64,000 nt of DNA from NCBI GenBank assembly GCA_000708835.1, contig DF237266.1, positions 39,314-103,313 of the forward strand. Reading direction: 5' to 3'. The notes below the pieces were generated by a model. It did not search any database, was not told the DNA's origin, and was given only the letters and a program-made list of their open reading frames with translations. Positions 40,614 through 52,400 of this stretch are shown here, in pieces. The position numbers and the translations under genes are program-made. This stretch comes from Klebsormidium nitens (lineage: Eukaryota; Plantae; Klebsormidiophyceae). How positions within the stretch are numbered: position 1 is the first letter of the stretch; each line of letters begins with the position of its first letter.

Positions 40614-41610
40614 AAACGTAATCAGCGATAGCACTATAACCTCATTCATGAGCTGCTAGTATGAGAAGCTTGTCACGCTGACAGCCGTGCTTATTCGAAG
40701 ACTACAGTCAGGCCGATGATCGTGCTTTCTGAGGAGAAATAAATGAAGTCGCTCGGAGATCGGTCATTCAAAAGTACAAGCGAGTTCTAAAGATTTCTCA
40801 TGTTGCGAACGGGATTGTCAAGCCAGTAATGCAGATAGTTCCTCGTAGCGGCGCGCGCAATTAATATCAGTTGTCACCATTATGACATGCAAATCGCGGA
40901 CAAGAGGTCCAATACAGAGAAATTCTGCATGTCGAGTTTCGAGTCCGGCCCGCAGGGCCATTGAATGATTGCATGATTTTATTGATGCCTCGAGTCGATC
41001 CCCGCCTCCTGGCATCAGTGGCCGATTATGACGGTGGCAGCGCCGCGCGCCGTGCTTGCATGCTTGCGCGGCTGGACCCAGCATACTGTCAGAGCGCGGC
41101 GCGGCCGGGTCATGCACACCATGATGCATCGCGTGCGTGCGCATGTAATTAAGCAGACGGCGACGTGCCAGCCACGTGCGCACGGTGCGCCCCAACTCCG
41201 GTTGGAATCAGCTAGCAAGAAAATGTCAGTGACTGTGACGCGCGACGGTGTACAATGCGGCTTGAGCTTGAAGCAGACCATATATATGCAAGGCCGATGT
41301 GAGTATGCATGTCGTCAAGGCAGGCTCGTCCTCTCAGTCCTTAGTTGAGTCATCCTGGATCCGGCCGATTGAAGTTGTACTAACAATTACGTAGCTGCCT
41401 GCAAACTTCTTGAGCTGAATGTGGCCGGCCTCCTGCCAGGCGCTGTCGACACGTGCGGCAGCTTTGAACGGCCGCCCTGTCCTTAACTTGCTAGTGCGGT
41501 CACCCTGCCATCATGCAGACGATGATCATTACCATCCGTTGAGCTCATGTTGTATGAAGGAGCCTCACATCTTGAAAGCAACTAAGGGTTAGGGTGGATA
41601 CGCTCTATAC

Positions 41611-44600
41611 CTAAGCAGGAATTCGAATTCGATTTAGTTCGTCATGTTTTCGTTTTGAATCTGCTCCCAGACGCTTGGATGCCGCAGCAGTGCCAATGCG
41701 TTCCCCACCCGTTTTCGCCTCTGCAGACTCGCATACCGCATCCGTCTTCCTGCCACCTTCGACCTTACCAATCAGATCACAGTCGACTCGAGCGGCAGCA
41801 ACTTCCTCGCTTCCAGTACCTCTAGCTATGCGCGCACTCGAACCAGCGCTTCCCAAACGGGCGTCTGAACCCGACCTATGATCTACGACGTCAGTAATGA
41901 TTGCGTACTCCGTTTGCCACTGGATCCCTAACGAAGCGCCCCTGTCTTGGCGTACGGATGTCACGAGCACGGTTTCGGACGCTTCCTCGACCATCGTCCG
42001 GAGGTCCTCGGACGTGTTTATCTGTTCCGTGCTCTCGGAATCCTGTACAGCGCATGGATTCCAGGGGCGTCAGGCAAGAAACGAGAGCAGCGCTTGCCTG
42101 CACTTTGTCGTGGCCTTCGTGCACGATGAGTAGAGCGATCCTAAGCGCACGTTCAGTATCTCAGACAGGCAACGAATAGTTCTGCTGTCCCCTAAAGGCA
42201 AACCGCGTCTTTTGCCTATCAGCGGCTGGGTGCATCAGAAGGGTTGTTACACTTGAGCGCGAACAGGGTCCAACCAAGACGACCGGAGCCTGATCAGGCT
42301 CGGGCAAATGTCCTACTGGTTCCACTGCCCAGATTTAGCAGCTGCTAAAGGTGCCGAAGTCGGTCGGGGTCTCGGGCAAAGACGGGTCGGGTCGCGAAGT
42401 GCCCGACCTGAGGGGCATCAAGTTCCGTGCAACCCGATCGAGAATTTTTGCAGCGTGAGGTCAGCTGGAGGTCCGATTGATGGGTCTCAAGCGGAATTTT
42501 GATAAGAGAGTCTCAACTGTAACAGCCATTTCAATCGAGAAGCGTCCGCTTACGGGGTCCAAGTGCAGCCGGTAGTCCAGAGTCACGTGCCTCGCCGCTG
42601 TGCCTTCCACAAACTCCACGTCCACTAACAGGTCCTCAAACGCGGCGTCGCTCTTGTCGGACCTGCAGTAAACATCTCTATTCGGATCATTCCCGCCGCT
42701 TTCTATCTTTTTGAGACCGTCTTCTCAAAGGGCAGAACATCAGCTCTCAAAAAGATTTCTTTTGGTCGAAAGTGCAAAAGTAGAGTACAACCATTTCGGG
42801 CAAGGTTCTGTAAATTATGCGGCTGCCGACTTTATCCTAGTGCGTAAACAACCAGCTCTTGTGAGTACCGAGAAAGTCTCGTTTACGGCAGGGAAAGGGA
42901 TAAAGTGAATCAACGCAGCACATGAGAAATTGAAGCTCCCGACGATCATCTACTGAGCCGAGTGTTGAAGGGCGGTTTAGCATGAAGTGGGCTCTCCAAT
43001 CTGGATGAGTGCAAACATAGGGATAAAAAATACACTCTCTCCACCAAGATTGACAACGGCTCATCGTGGCGCAATGGCGCGCTGAAAACAGTGTCCAGTT
43101 TCTAGTGAGCCCAGTTTCAGAAAGAACAGAAAGACGTGAACGGAGAGAAGGCGTGAGGGCATCGGCGCTCACCCTTTGAGCTCAAACTTTGGCCCCGTCA
43201 GTAGCTCGACTCGGTGTTCGGCGGAAAGAAAGGTCACCTGCATCGAGACTTCAAAGCGTGCTCTTCTTCCGCATCCGCTGACGTCAGAGTGAGCAAAAGG
43301 ACTATGGCATGAAGGTTTGCCTTTCACCTCGACTCGATCCAGAGCTCGTGCGACGTGCTGGAGGTCCACACGTCCAGGTGCAAAAATTTGCTTAAGACGT
43401 CTGACAGAGAGGAAGCCCGGAGTTGCCATCGTTCTCGGGAGTTTTAAAAAGAGGTCAGTAGCCAGCTGTCTTTCAACAGCCACCAGCTAGTCATGAGCAA
43501 GAGAAGCCAAGTTCGTTACCTTAGGCGAAGGTCTCAAAACGAGTCACCGGCGTACTTGCAAGCTTATCAGACAGCCCTCACCATATATTTGACTTGCTCT
43601 TTGGAGGCTTCGAGTCTGTAGGAAAGATTTTCCTGCGCGCTTGCAGCATGCCGCGCAACTTATAAAGGCCTACCTTCGCGTGCTTGACAAACTGGAGGGG
43701 CCCTTTCGGCCCGTGCGAGCTGCGCAGCGATAAAACCCATCTGCGATTGGATCCCGTCGCTGCGATCACAAAAGCCCGATCTCAAAGATTGTCTGAAATC
43801 TAGAGCAGTCCTAGTTAAACTCCAGCAACTTGATGCCGAGAATGAAGTACAACTGTCACCCAGTCGTTGCAGCCTGACATGCTATGCGGTGCGTTGTGAA
43901 CTTCAACTGAAGCTCTCACAACAAGGGGTAATGTCGCGCCCTACTCAGAACGAACCATAGGGACATCTACCAAGCTTCCCTTACATCTCGGCTCAAGTGA
44001 GCGGGAGTGCGCGTTCTCTGCCTCTGACAATATCAGCTTGAGAGGGTTTGAGCGCCCGACGTTTTGCGTGGCAAGTCGAGTCTTTAATGCCTGCGGGGCG
44101 GTCTTCATTCGTTGGAGCAGACGAGACAAAGGAAAAGGTCCTCACGCGAATGCTTGAGACTGTGCGCAACGACCAGCCGGTCTATTCGCACGTAAGGCCG
44201 AACGTCGAGATTCAGTGTCCGCATGACACCCCTCATAACCTGCACGCAGAGAACAGCTTTCTTGATGCAGATCGAACTCCTGCGTACCCTTACGTATATC
44301 ATCGAATAGTTGACCCGCAAACGGCGTCGTCTTTTACTGTTTCTCCTGAAGATGGTGCAGACGAGATGCATATAAGACTCGCTGTCCAGTCCTGCCGTGC
44401 CGAGGCAAAAAATCTGCAATCTGTGTTGCAATGGGCTTCGATACGGTGAAGTGAGAGCCGTTATTTCCGCCAGACCTTGGGCAACAAGCAGGATTTGGCG
44501 TTTTAATCCGAGTGCACATTACAGATTGGACGAAGATACAGCAGCTAGCAGCGTGCGTTTCCCAAGCGAGACAGAAAGCAACTCTGCTTTTTAACACTGT

Positions 44601-47600
44601 TTGCTTCGAAAGGGGAGAAACTCCAATCATTCCGTTCACCTCGTCTGCTTTAGCGTGGATCACGAGCGCAGCCTTCTTGTCCCGGGGGGTAGCCTGAAGG
44701 TTGACGATGACCACTTTCCCGCCCCCCGGAATGCATTTGAACGGCATGTTGCGAGCTGGGACGATCTGCAAGCTGGGGAAGAGTGCGAGGGTCATGAAAA
44801 TCCGGTATGAGCATCTTACGTCAGACGGCTCATGACGACATACTGACCGAGTAGTCCGCAGGAACGACTGCCGGGGTATTCCTAGGTCATCATTTCCGCA
44901 CGGCCGAAAAGCACGGCGACTGCTCCCGAACCTCCCCTACCTTCCCCGCTCCTCATTCTCAACCTTCCTCTACCAGAAATCGCTCCAAGGAAGAGCAACG
45001 AAGAAACAACCTTCCTTTAACATAATGCGGCACCAAGGAAGAGCAACAAAAAGAACCTTCGTTTACCAGAAAACGGCTCCACGGAAAGCAGCAAAAAAAG
45101 GCCTTCCTTTACCAGAAAACGGCTCCAAGAACAGCAACAAAAGGCGAAGAGGTCGGCTTGCGGATTGTAGCGCACCTGGTTCCCAGGCACAGCGCGAGAT
45201 CGGCCTCTTTGGAGTGGCGGTCGGCCACGGCTACTTCGTCAACCGGGAGGGCGTCCTCCCAGTCGAGCACGCTATCTTTTAGACGGCCCTCACAGCCGGC
45301 AACCGAGCACCGGCGGCCAGTGGACTTGAGCCCCACGGTCTCGAGCTCAAAGTCGCGGACGTATCTGAAAGATCGGCACAAGAATTGTGGACGGGCTGTT
45401 ACTTCTTACGGTTTCTGAAAGCGAAGCAAACGTCTTCAAGCGTGGACGCCGATGAGCTTCAAAACTTACACAACTTACTGAAAGCAAGGTAGCAGAAAGC
45501 GTCCACGTAAAGGCTGCCATAAATGGAGCCGTTCATTTACGGAAAGGGCTACGGATCCAAAGAACAAATGAGTCAGACGAGTCGGGAAGCCCGAGACTCA
45601 CTCTGCGCCGCACTTGGGGCAGACCTCCCGGAAGCAGTTGCCGTGAAGCTCTGCCAGCTGGCGCCGGGGGATCCCCGAGCGAAGGTGCAGGCAGTCCACG
45701 TTCTGCAGGGTTGGCGACAGCAGGAGTGAGGTCTCGGCCAGCTTGAAAGTAGCTGACAGTGAAGAGTTAGGTAAGCCCACGGACACAGAACAGCCCCATG
45801 GAACACAGCCAAGTCGACAGATAATCTAACGAAGGTCTGCGATTTCTGGAACCCTCTCATGTTCAGGGGTTGGTGATTGGGGTTCGAAAGCTCCACAATG
45901 AAACACTTACCCTCGGATTCACTATCAGTGCAAGGGCAACTTCGGCCTTGGTACAGACTAACAAGTCGAAAGACCGAAGTCTCAAAGCGAGAGACAGAAA
46001 GAGCCCCTGTAAATTCGCTAAAGATAACTCGTTGTCCTGCTGACACACCAAGCATCACCTATTAGCAATCAAGCGCCATAAGGTTTTGCGCAGGGTAATC
46101 CAGGCCCAAGTGTCATCGAGCTCCTAACCTGGCTGACAATGTAGTGGACTTTGCCGGCGTCCACAAGGGCTTTGAGGGCCATGTGCGTGTAGCTGGGGCG
46201 TGCCTGGGCAAAGGAACACGTGGCCTGGGGAATGGGCTTCCCGGTCGACTGCACATGTGAAAAGAGAGAGCAAAGCTAAATATCACGAGCGAAGCCCAAT
46301 TGCGATGTATGATTTGCAAGCAACGCACTTGAGGATCGTTTGTCCGAGTCCAAACTCAGTGACAGGAAGCGAGTCGTTGGTTTTTATTTTGTGATTGGCA
46401 CCCCATCAGATCGAACTTCGTACAATAAGGTCAACTTGAGGAGACATGGTACAAGGAAGACCTGCGCCTTTCCCTGATGAACTGATGACTCATGATTGCA
46501 AACCGAAGAGAGGATGCTTTTTAGAAAGTTGACCCACTTGGAGGGTCCAGATGCCATTTGGTCCGCGGAAGTCGGGTATTCCGCATGATGTCGAGATGCC
46601 GGCCCCAGTGTACACCACCATGTGTTTACTCTGCAAGCAAGCAGATCGGAATCACCGCCTTTAGAAGGACATGGCTGGTCTACGAACCTACTGGATGCCC
46701 TCCATAAACTTTTGTCTCGTTGGCCGTTTTGAGAAAGATTTAAAATGTCAGCAACGATTTTGAACATGCGTAAACGGACACCAGGGGAAGCAACAGTCAC
46801 TTTGTGAACGAAGAGTTCTCGATTGGGATATACTCCAATACTCCAGGCAGAGCCTCTTTAGGGGGATCCTCAAGCAATTACAACATGCAGCACCCAAACG
46901 AGAAGGTCTTTCGTCTGATCCACGCCTGAAACTTCTCTGATCCACAAGCTGTCCTTAAGAGTAAAGGAGACAGTTTGTGGTCAGCACAGGATGACACTTA
47001 GTGCTAACAAAATCTTCCGCCGAAAAAGTGACCAGCTTACATTCCGGATAAGCTCCGCAAGCTCCTTCACCTGCAAAAACGAAAGCAGATAGATGGTCTT
47101 CTTCCACTTATGGTGAGGTGGGCTTGATTGTCCTGGACTTCTAGAAATGATCGAGCATCATAAGATAACATGGAGTAACATGACTGCGGTGAAACGCTGA
47201 TTGTGCTGTAGAAGCAAACAGTCCAAGAGCAATTCGTTTTACTTTCATTTTTGAAATCGTTGAAAATTGTTTGCTGATAAGCGCCATATCACTGTCAGCT
47301 GGCATACTCTGCAAATACTTCAATTTGATAGAAGACTACAAACAACCTGAATATTATGCCAGAGCAGAATGAAAGTCAAAGCATTGCCTTTCAAACGCAG
47401 TGGCATCAACCCAATAATCCAGATGCTTGATTTGAAAAGTAAGCGACTGATGCAAACGGACAAATCCACACTTACTGCTTTTCACCACCATATTGAAAAG
47501 CGTCATACAAGTCTTCTTGTGCCTGCCCAATCATTTCTGTCCTCACCTTGGCCTCGACTTCGTCCTGTGCATCGAATTTTTCTGCGGCGCCAAGCTTGCC

Positions 47601-47651
47601 AAGAAATGATGCATCTCTGTATGAGAGCTTCTCTGCATATCCCAGCGACAT
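41611..47651 (-). CDS. SRT1: NAD-dependent deacetylase SRT1 (class IV sirtuin, SIRT6-like)
   Basis: [11 protein letters not shown]..., [41 protein letters not shown]...IVSQ|[10 protein letters not shown]...[60 protein letters not shown] and a plant-type C-terminal extension ending at 41611. Confidence 0.95.
44961..45144. repeat. Minisatellite, four imperfect copies of a 46-47 bp unit in an SRT1 intron
   Basis: Units start at about 44961, 45008, 45054 and 45100; consensus near ACCTTCCTTTACCAGAAAACGGCTCCAAGGAAGAGCAACAAAAAG. Confidence 0.85.
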
Positions 47652-48670
47652 GTTCAAGAGCAGCGGAACAAGGTCAGCTCTTTATGTAACATGAGCTTGG
47701 CCCATGTGGACTAAGGCACCCACATTTGCTGTAGATTGTTTGTAAGCCTGCGTCTAATTGGAACACCTTATCACACTGCGAAGGTACTTGCCAAAACTTG
47801 TCATTGATGCAATTGTAGCCACACTCCGTTGGGTTCTCAATCTTCTCGGCCAGCTTGCAGGTCCCAAATCAAAGCTTCTCAATATCGTCAGTCATTAATC
47901 ATAGGGAAGAGCAATGCTAAATGACACTGAAGTGAAGCAATGCCATTGCAATCTGCCAGTGCAATGCTGGCAGCGTTGGTTGGTCCCACTCAGAATGCCG
48001 CATGGCCAAAATTCCTCCATTTTGATTGGGCCGCGTGTCACTTATATAGAGGGGTCGCGATCGCTTCAATTTAAAATTGATGCAACGTCATTTAGTCGTC
48101 ACTCTTGAATATAGCTTCATCGAACGGCTCAAATGACTTGCATAAAAATATCGGACGGTTATGGAGGCTTACTTAACCCATATGAGGTACGATCGTATAA
48201 CCTTGAATATATGAACACACTGATAAATTCTTTTCATATTCTATTTCTCTATTTCTCTCTTTCTCCCCGTTTATCTCCTTTTCCTCCTTTATCGTTTGGC
48301 TGTGAGTGGGACCCACCTGTGATTTGTACAACTTCTACACAGACCCGCGCAAAATTCATCGACCTCCGTCGGACGCCTTTCAAGTTTCGCTAGGACACAA
48401 TTCTTGTTCGAATGACCGCCGGAGCGTACAGTAACGCACACATGTGTACACCGAGTGCCCGGGGGCGAGGCTTGGGCCCGGGGCAATTGAACCCGGGGTG
48501 TGCTTTTGGACGCTGCGTCACAGTTCGTTGAGCACACGTGGAACACATGGCAGAAAGCCGCCAATCAAAGCTTGTGAGAACTGCCACCATCGACAAGCAT
48601 TGAGCAAGCATTGCTCCCCTCGTTCAAGGCTCCAGTTGATTGCTATAGTGCCTCCAAAACCTGTCAAATG

Positions 48671-48795
48671 CTGACGTCATAATTCCGAAAAGCGAAGACA
48701 TACGTCATCCTAAGCCCCGAGTTGATTCGACTACGATACTTTCGTACAAAACTTAGGGTTATAAAATCCTGACGTCATAAACCCTAATATATACT
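48671..48795 (+). promoter_or_regulatory. Putative promoter of the cathepsin X gene: two TGACGTCA palindromes, telo-box-like elements, TATA-like sequence
   Basis: CTGACGTCATAA occurs twice (TGACGTCA at 48672 and 48770); TTAGGGTT at 48753-48760 and AAACCCTAA at 48779-48787 bracket the second copy; TATATA at 48788-48793; a pyrimidine-rich leader follows. Function is inferred from known plant bZIP and telo-box motifs. Confidence 0.45.
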
Positions 48796-49497
48796 AACTT
48801 CAACTGAGCGCAGCTGTCGAGCTGTGCGCTGTTGAGCTTCGCGCTCTCAGTGCGTCTTCGCAACTCTTCGCCTCTTCAAAAAGAGTAGCTTTCTCCTCTT
48901 CGCTACGACCTTTCTACCTCTTCTTCCTATTCATGTGCTGTGTTTCTTGCAAAGAAACGCCGCAGGGACGCGCCCCCAAAGCTGCGCCCTGCTGCCCCCT
49001 TTTACCTCTCGCTTTGCTTGAAAAAGAAAGAAACGAAAGCCCTACGAATGTCCTTCCTATGCTAGCTTGCAGTGCAGGCTTGAGTGCTTGGCTGCCATGC
49101 AGTTGTCCGAGTCACGGTCGACTCAGCGCATGACGCAAAATGGCAGGGGCCCAGTGACATCAGCGAAGTGAAGGTCGCTGCCTACGTCAGCATACCTTAA
49201 ACGAGAAATGCGGCCGCCCTTCGCCCCCTGCCCGATTCAGTATCTCTTGCTGTCTCGAGTGGACCCGATACGGTAATTTGCGATACCCCCCAAGTGGCAT
49301 GACACATCCGTGAGCATTGTTGTGAGCATTCGTCGTGCTGGTCACCTTTCAATTTCGTCTCTGTCCAGAGCTCTGCAAGTTCAAAGCTTGCAGGAATTTT
49401 TCCTTGGGTCCTTGACCCTGTCACGGGGCTGGGTAGTCTACAGGCGAATCAGGAGGATTCAGGACTACGTCCAAGATTCTTGACAAACTCTGCCTCA

Positions 49498-52400
49498 ATG
49501 GCTCATGGAAGGCCTCTCCTGCTGCTGCTATTGGCACTGCTGATGCTGAGCTGTTTCTCGCTGGCTCATGCTGATGTGCTTTCGACTTTTGAGAAGCTGC
49601 TTGGACGTAAGGATAAAGGGTTTGGCAGTACGAGGCTGTTCAAGACGTGCCGTGTGCCGGATGCGAAGTTCACTAAGTCTGGGGCACTCCAGGGGGTCCA
49701 GAAGAGCCCTGCACCTCATGAGCTCATGCTTGTGAAGGACCTGCCAAGTGATTTCTTCTGGGGGGTGAGAGACACTCTTCTCTGTATGGTGTTCGTCGCT
49801 TGTGCTCCTCATGTTGTCGTATTTGCGTTAATTTAAAGGAGTCAGCAGGTGTCTGCATCTATGGGTTGAGGATTTCGGATTGCTTGCAAAATCTACCAAC
49901 TTTTGTCTTGTAGAATGCGTTTACATGTACACTAATTTGAGAAGGCACCTTTCTTTTGAGGAGTTCACTATTGGTTCTTGCAAGAATCAGTTCTCCTAGC
50001 TTTGGTAATAAACCCTGTTTCTGTGCTGCAGAACGTCAATGGAACGAACTATCTCACTGCTACCAAGAATCAGCACATTCCCCAATACTGGTGAGCTCAA
50101 TAAACCTTTTCGGAAATAGCATCAATTTTAGCTGCATGGTATACGGGTGTCGTTTGTGAGCAGATTCTCTTTCAGCTACTGAAAGGGAGTTGGCTCCCTC
50201 TCAGATTATCAAGAAAACTTGGGTATCAATGAGTATTCTCGACAGATAGGCCTCGCATGCCGGAACTCATTTCTCCACCAAGTCCATCTCTTGTATCGCG
50301 AGAATATGAAAGTAAAGGCCAAATGGTTGACATTGGGAATCTTGTGCCTAGATGGGCAGATCTTGTAATACAATGTTGTATTCAATTGAACTGTCCTGGC
50401 TAGAGGCAAGTCAGGCTCCAAGCACCTTGTTTTGTTACTCAAGTATTTCGTTTCGGTCCCTCCAGTGGCTCTTGCTGGGCCTTTGGCACAACATCAGCGA
50501 TGAGCGATCGGATCCGCATTGCAAACAACGCGGCCTTCCCGGAGGTGATGCTGTCCGCCCAGGTGAGCACAAGTAAACCTTTCTGCAGTTACCATCTTCA
50601 GGGTTGCAAATTGAACTTATTGACAAATGAACCCTGCCTGCGAGCTGGCAAAGCTGCCTGAACACACAATACACAAGTCTCTCAACTCATTTGAATGCAC
50701 CATGTGCTGTGAGCAGTTGCCCTAAGATGGACTCCAGGTTTCTGCCTCAAGCGCCCTTGCTGGTCCAGTCTTTGCTCACCAGCACTTTTCTTCACGGATG
50801 GCCTTGAGTCTGTCTTTGGTGTCTCAAGCTTTTGAGGTTTTTAGATAACTCATCTCCTCCTCCCTTCCAGGTTCTGATCAACTGCCGGGGGGGTGGTTCA
50901 TGCCATGGTGGTAACCCCCTGGCCGTTTACGAGTACATGCACGAGCACGGCCTTCCTGACGAGACCTGCCAGAACTACGAGGCGATTGACGGGGTTTGCA
51001 GGCCGTATGGCGTCTGCGAGACGTGCGACCCAGGCAACCCGCCCGCGAGCTTCCTCCCCGGAACGTGCGCACCGGTGGTTAATTACACCAAGTACACCCT
51101 GCAGGAGTATGGGCTGGTCGGCACAGGTGAGTCTCTTGCTCAAGGACAAACTTTCGTCTTCATTAATTTGGCAGAGGGCATTTGAGTCTTGGCCTGGTAA
51201 AATATTGAAGAGTTTGTTAGGTAGTCAGTATCGGAAAGGGGCAGTGCAGTTGAGCAGAGCGGCTCAGGTTGCGACAGCTATTTTGGAGCGGCAAATGTGG
51301 ATCCGGCGCTGTTGGGTGTTTTCTACTTTGTTTGTTTGGCCAGATTGAAGGCACAGAGATCGTTGCTGTTCATCGAAGCTGCCGCTTCGATGTGCTGGCC
51401 ATTGATTCCCCGCAGAGCACAGGAAGTTTGCGAGAGTCATTTACGTAGTTCCTTTTGAGTTCTCGCTGTCTTTTGGACGATTTAACACAATACCAAGACA
51501 CTTTTTGAGGGCAAGTTTCCATCCTCGGAAAGCCGCTGAGCTTCTTGCTATGGTCTCTATTCCAGGGCCCAGCCGCGACCTGAGCGGCGCATGGGTGTCG
51601 CTGGTCGACAAGATCAAGGCCGAGATGTTCCAGCGCGGACCGATCGCGTGCGGGATTCACGTGACCGACAAGTTCGAGCAGTTCTTCTTCGACAATCCCA
51701 AGGGGATCTTCTCCCAATTCAGCCTCTTTACGGTGCCCAATCACGAGCTGTCTCTCGTGGGCTGGGGCGTGGATGAGGAATCGGGCGTGCCTTACTGGAT
51801 TGGCAGGAACTCCTGGGGAACGTACTGGTAAGCATCGGGCGTCCGACTAGGTTTGGTGTTACAATAAACGAATCGAGGCTTAAGCCTTTTTACTGTGAGG
51901 GATTGAATTTTCTTTTGGAGGTTGGTAAGACTCCTAGGAACATAGTGGAAGTTCTATCATGGACACCTGGTTCGATGCGATCAGGATGAACGCTCCTCTC
52001 GAACGAGATTCTTTTTAGAAGATGGGCAGGCCCAGAAGTTTCCCAGGAGCTTGTAGTGTGTCATTGGCGAAGGACACTCTGTTACATCGCTTTCGAAGGC
52101 TTGCTTGAAGAAAGACGCCCTTGTGGTCGAAGCTCATGGATGAAGCGGGCCAAAGGGCTGTGTACTGTTTGTAAACGCTGTGCACGGTTTGGAAGATGGA
52201 GCTTCTTCTGCCAGAACCACCTGCAAAAGACTGCAGCGGATTTTCTGGCCTTTTCTTCCTGAAAACGGTAGTCCCCTTTGAATTCAAGTCAAGTATTTAG
52301 TGAAGCCAAACCAGGCTTCTGCGGGCGAAACCAAGTTACTCATCCTTTTTTCTTCCAGGGGCGACCAAGGTTTCTTCAGAATCCGTCAGGGCCACAGCAA

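Noticed and set aside
45881-45900. GGTTCGAA resembling a tRNA T-loop
   Set aside because: No T-stem, acceptor stem or D-arm can be built around it.
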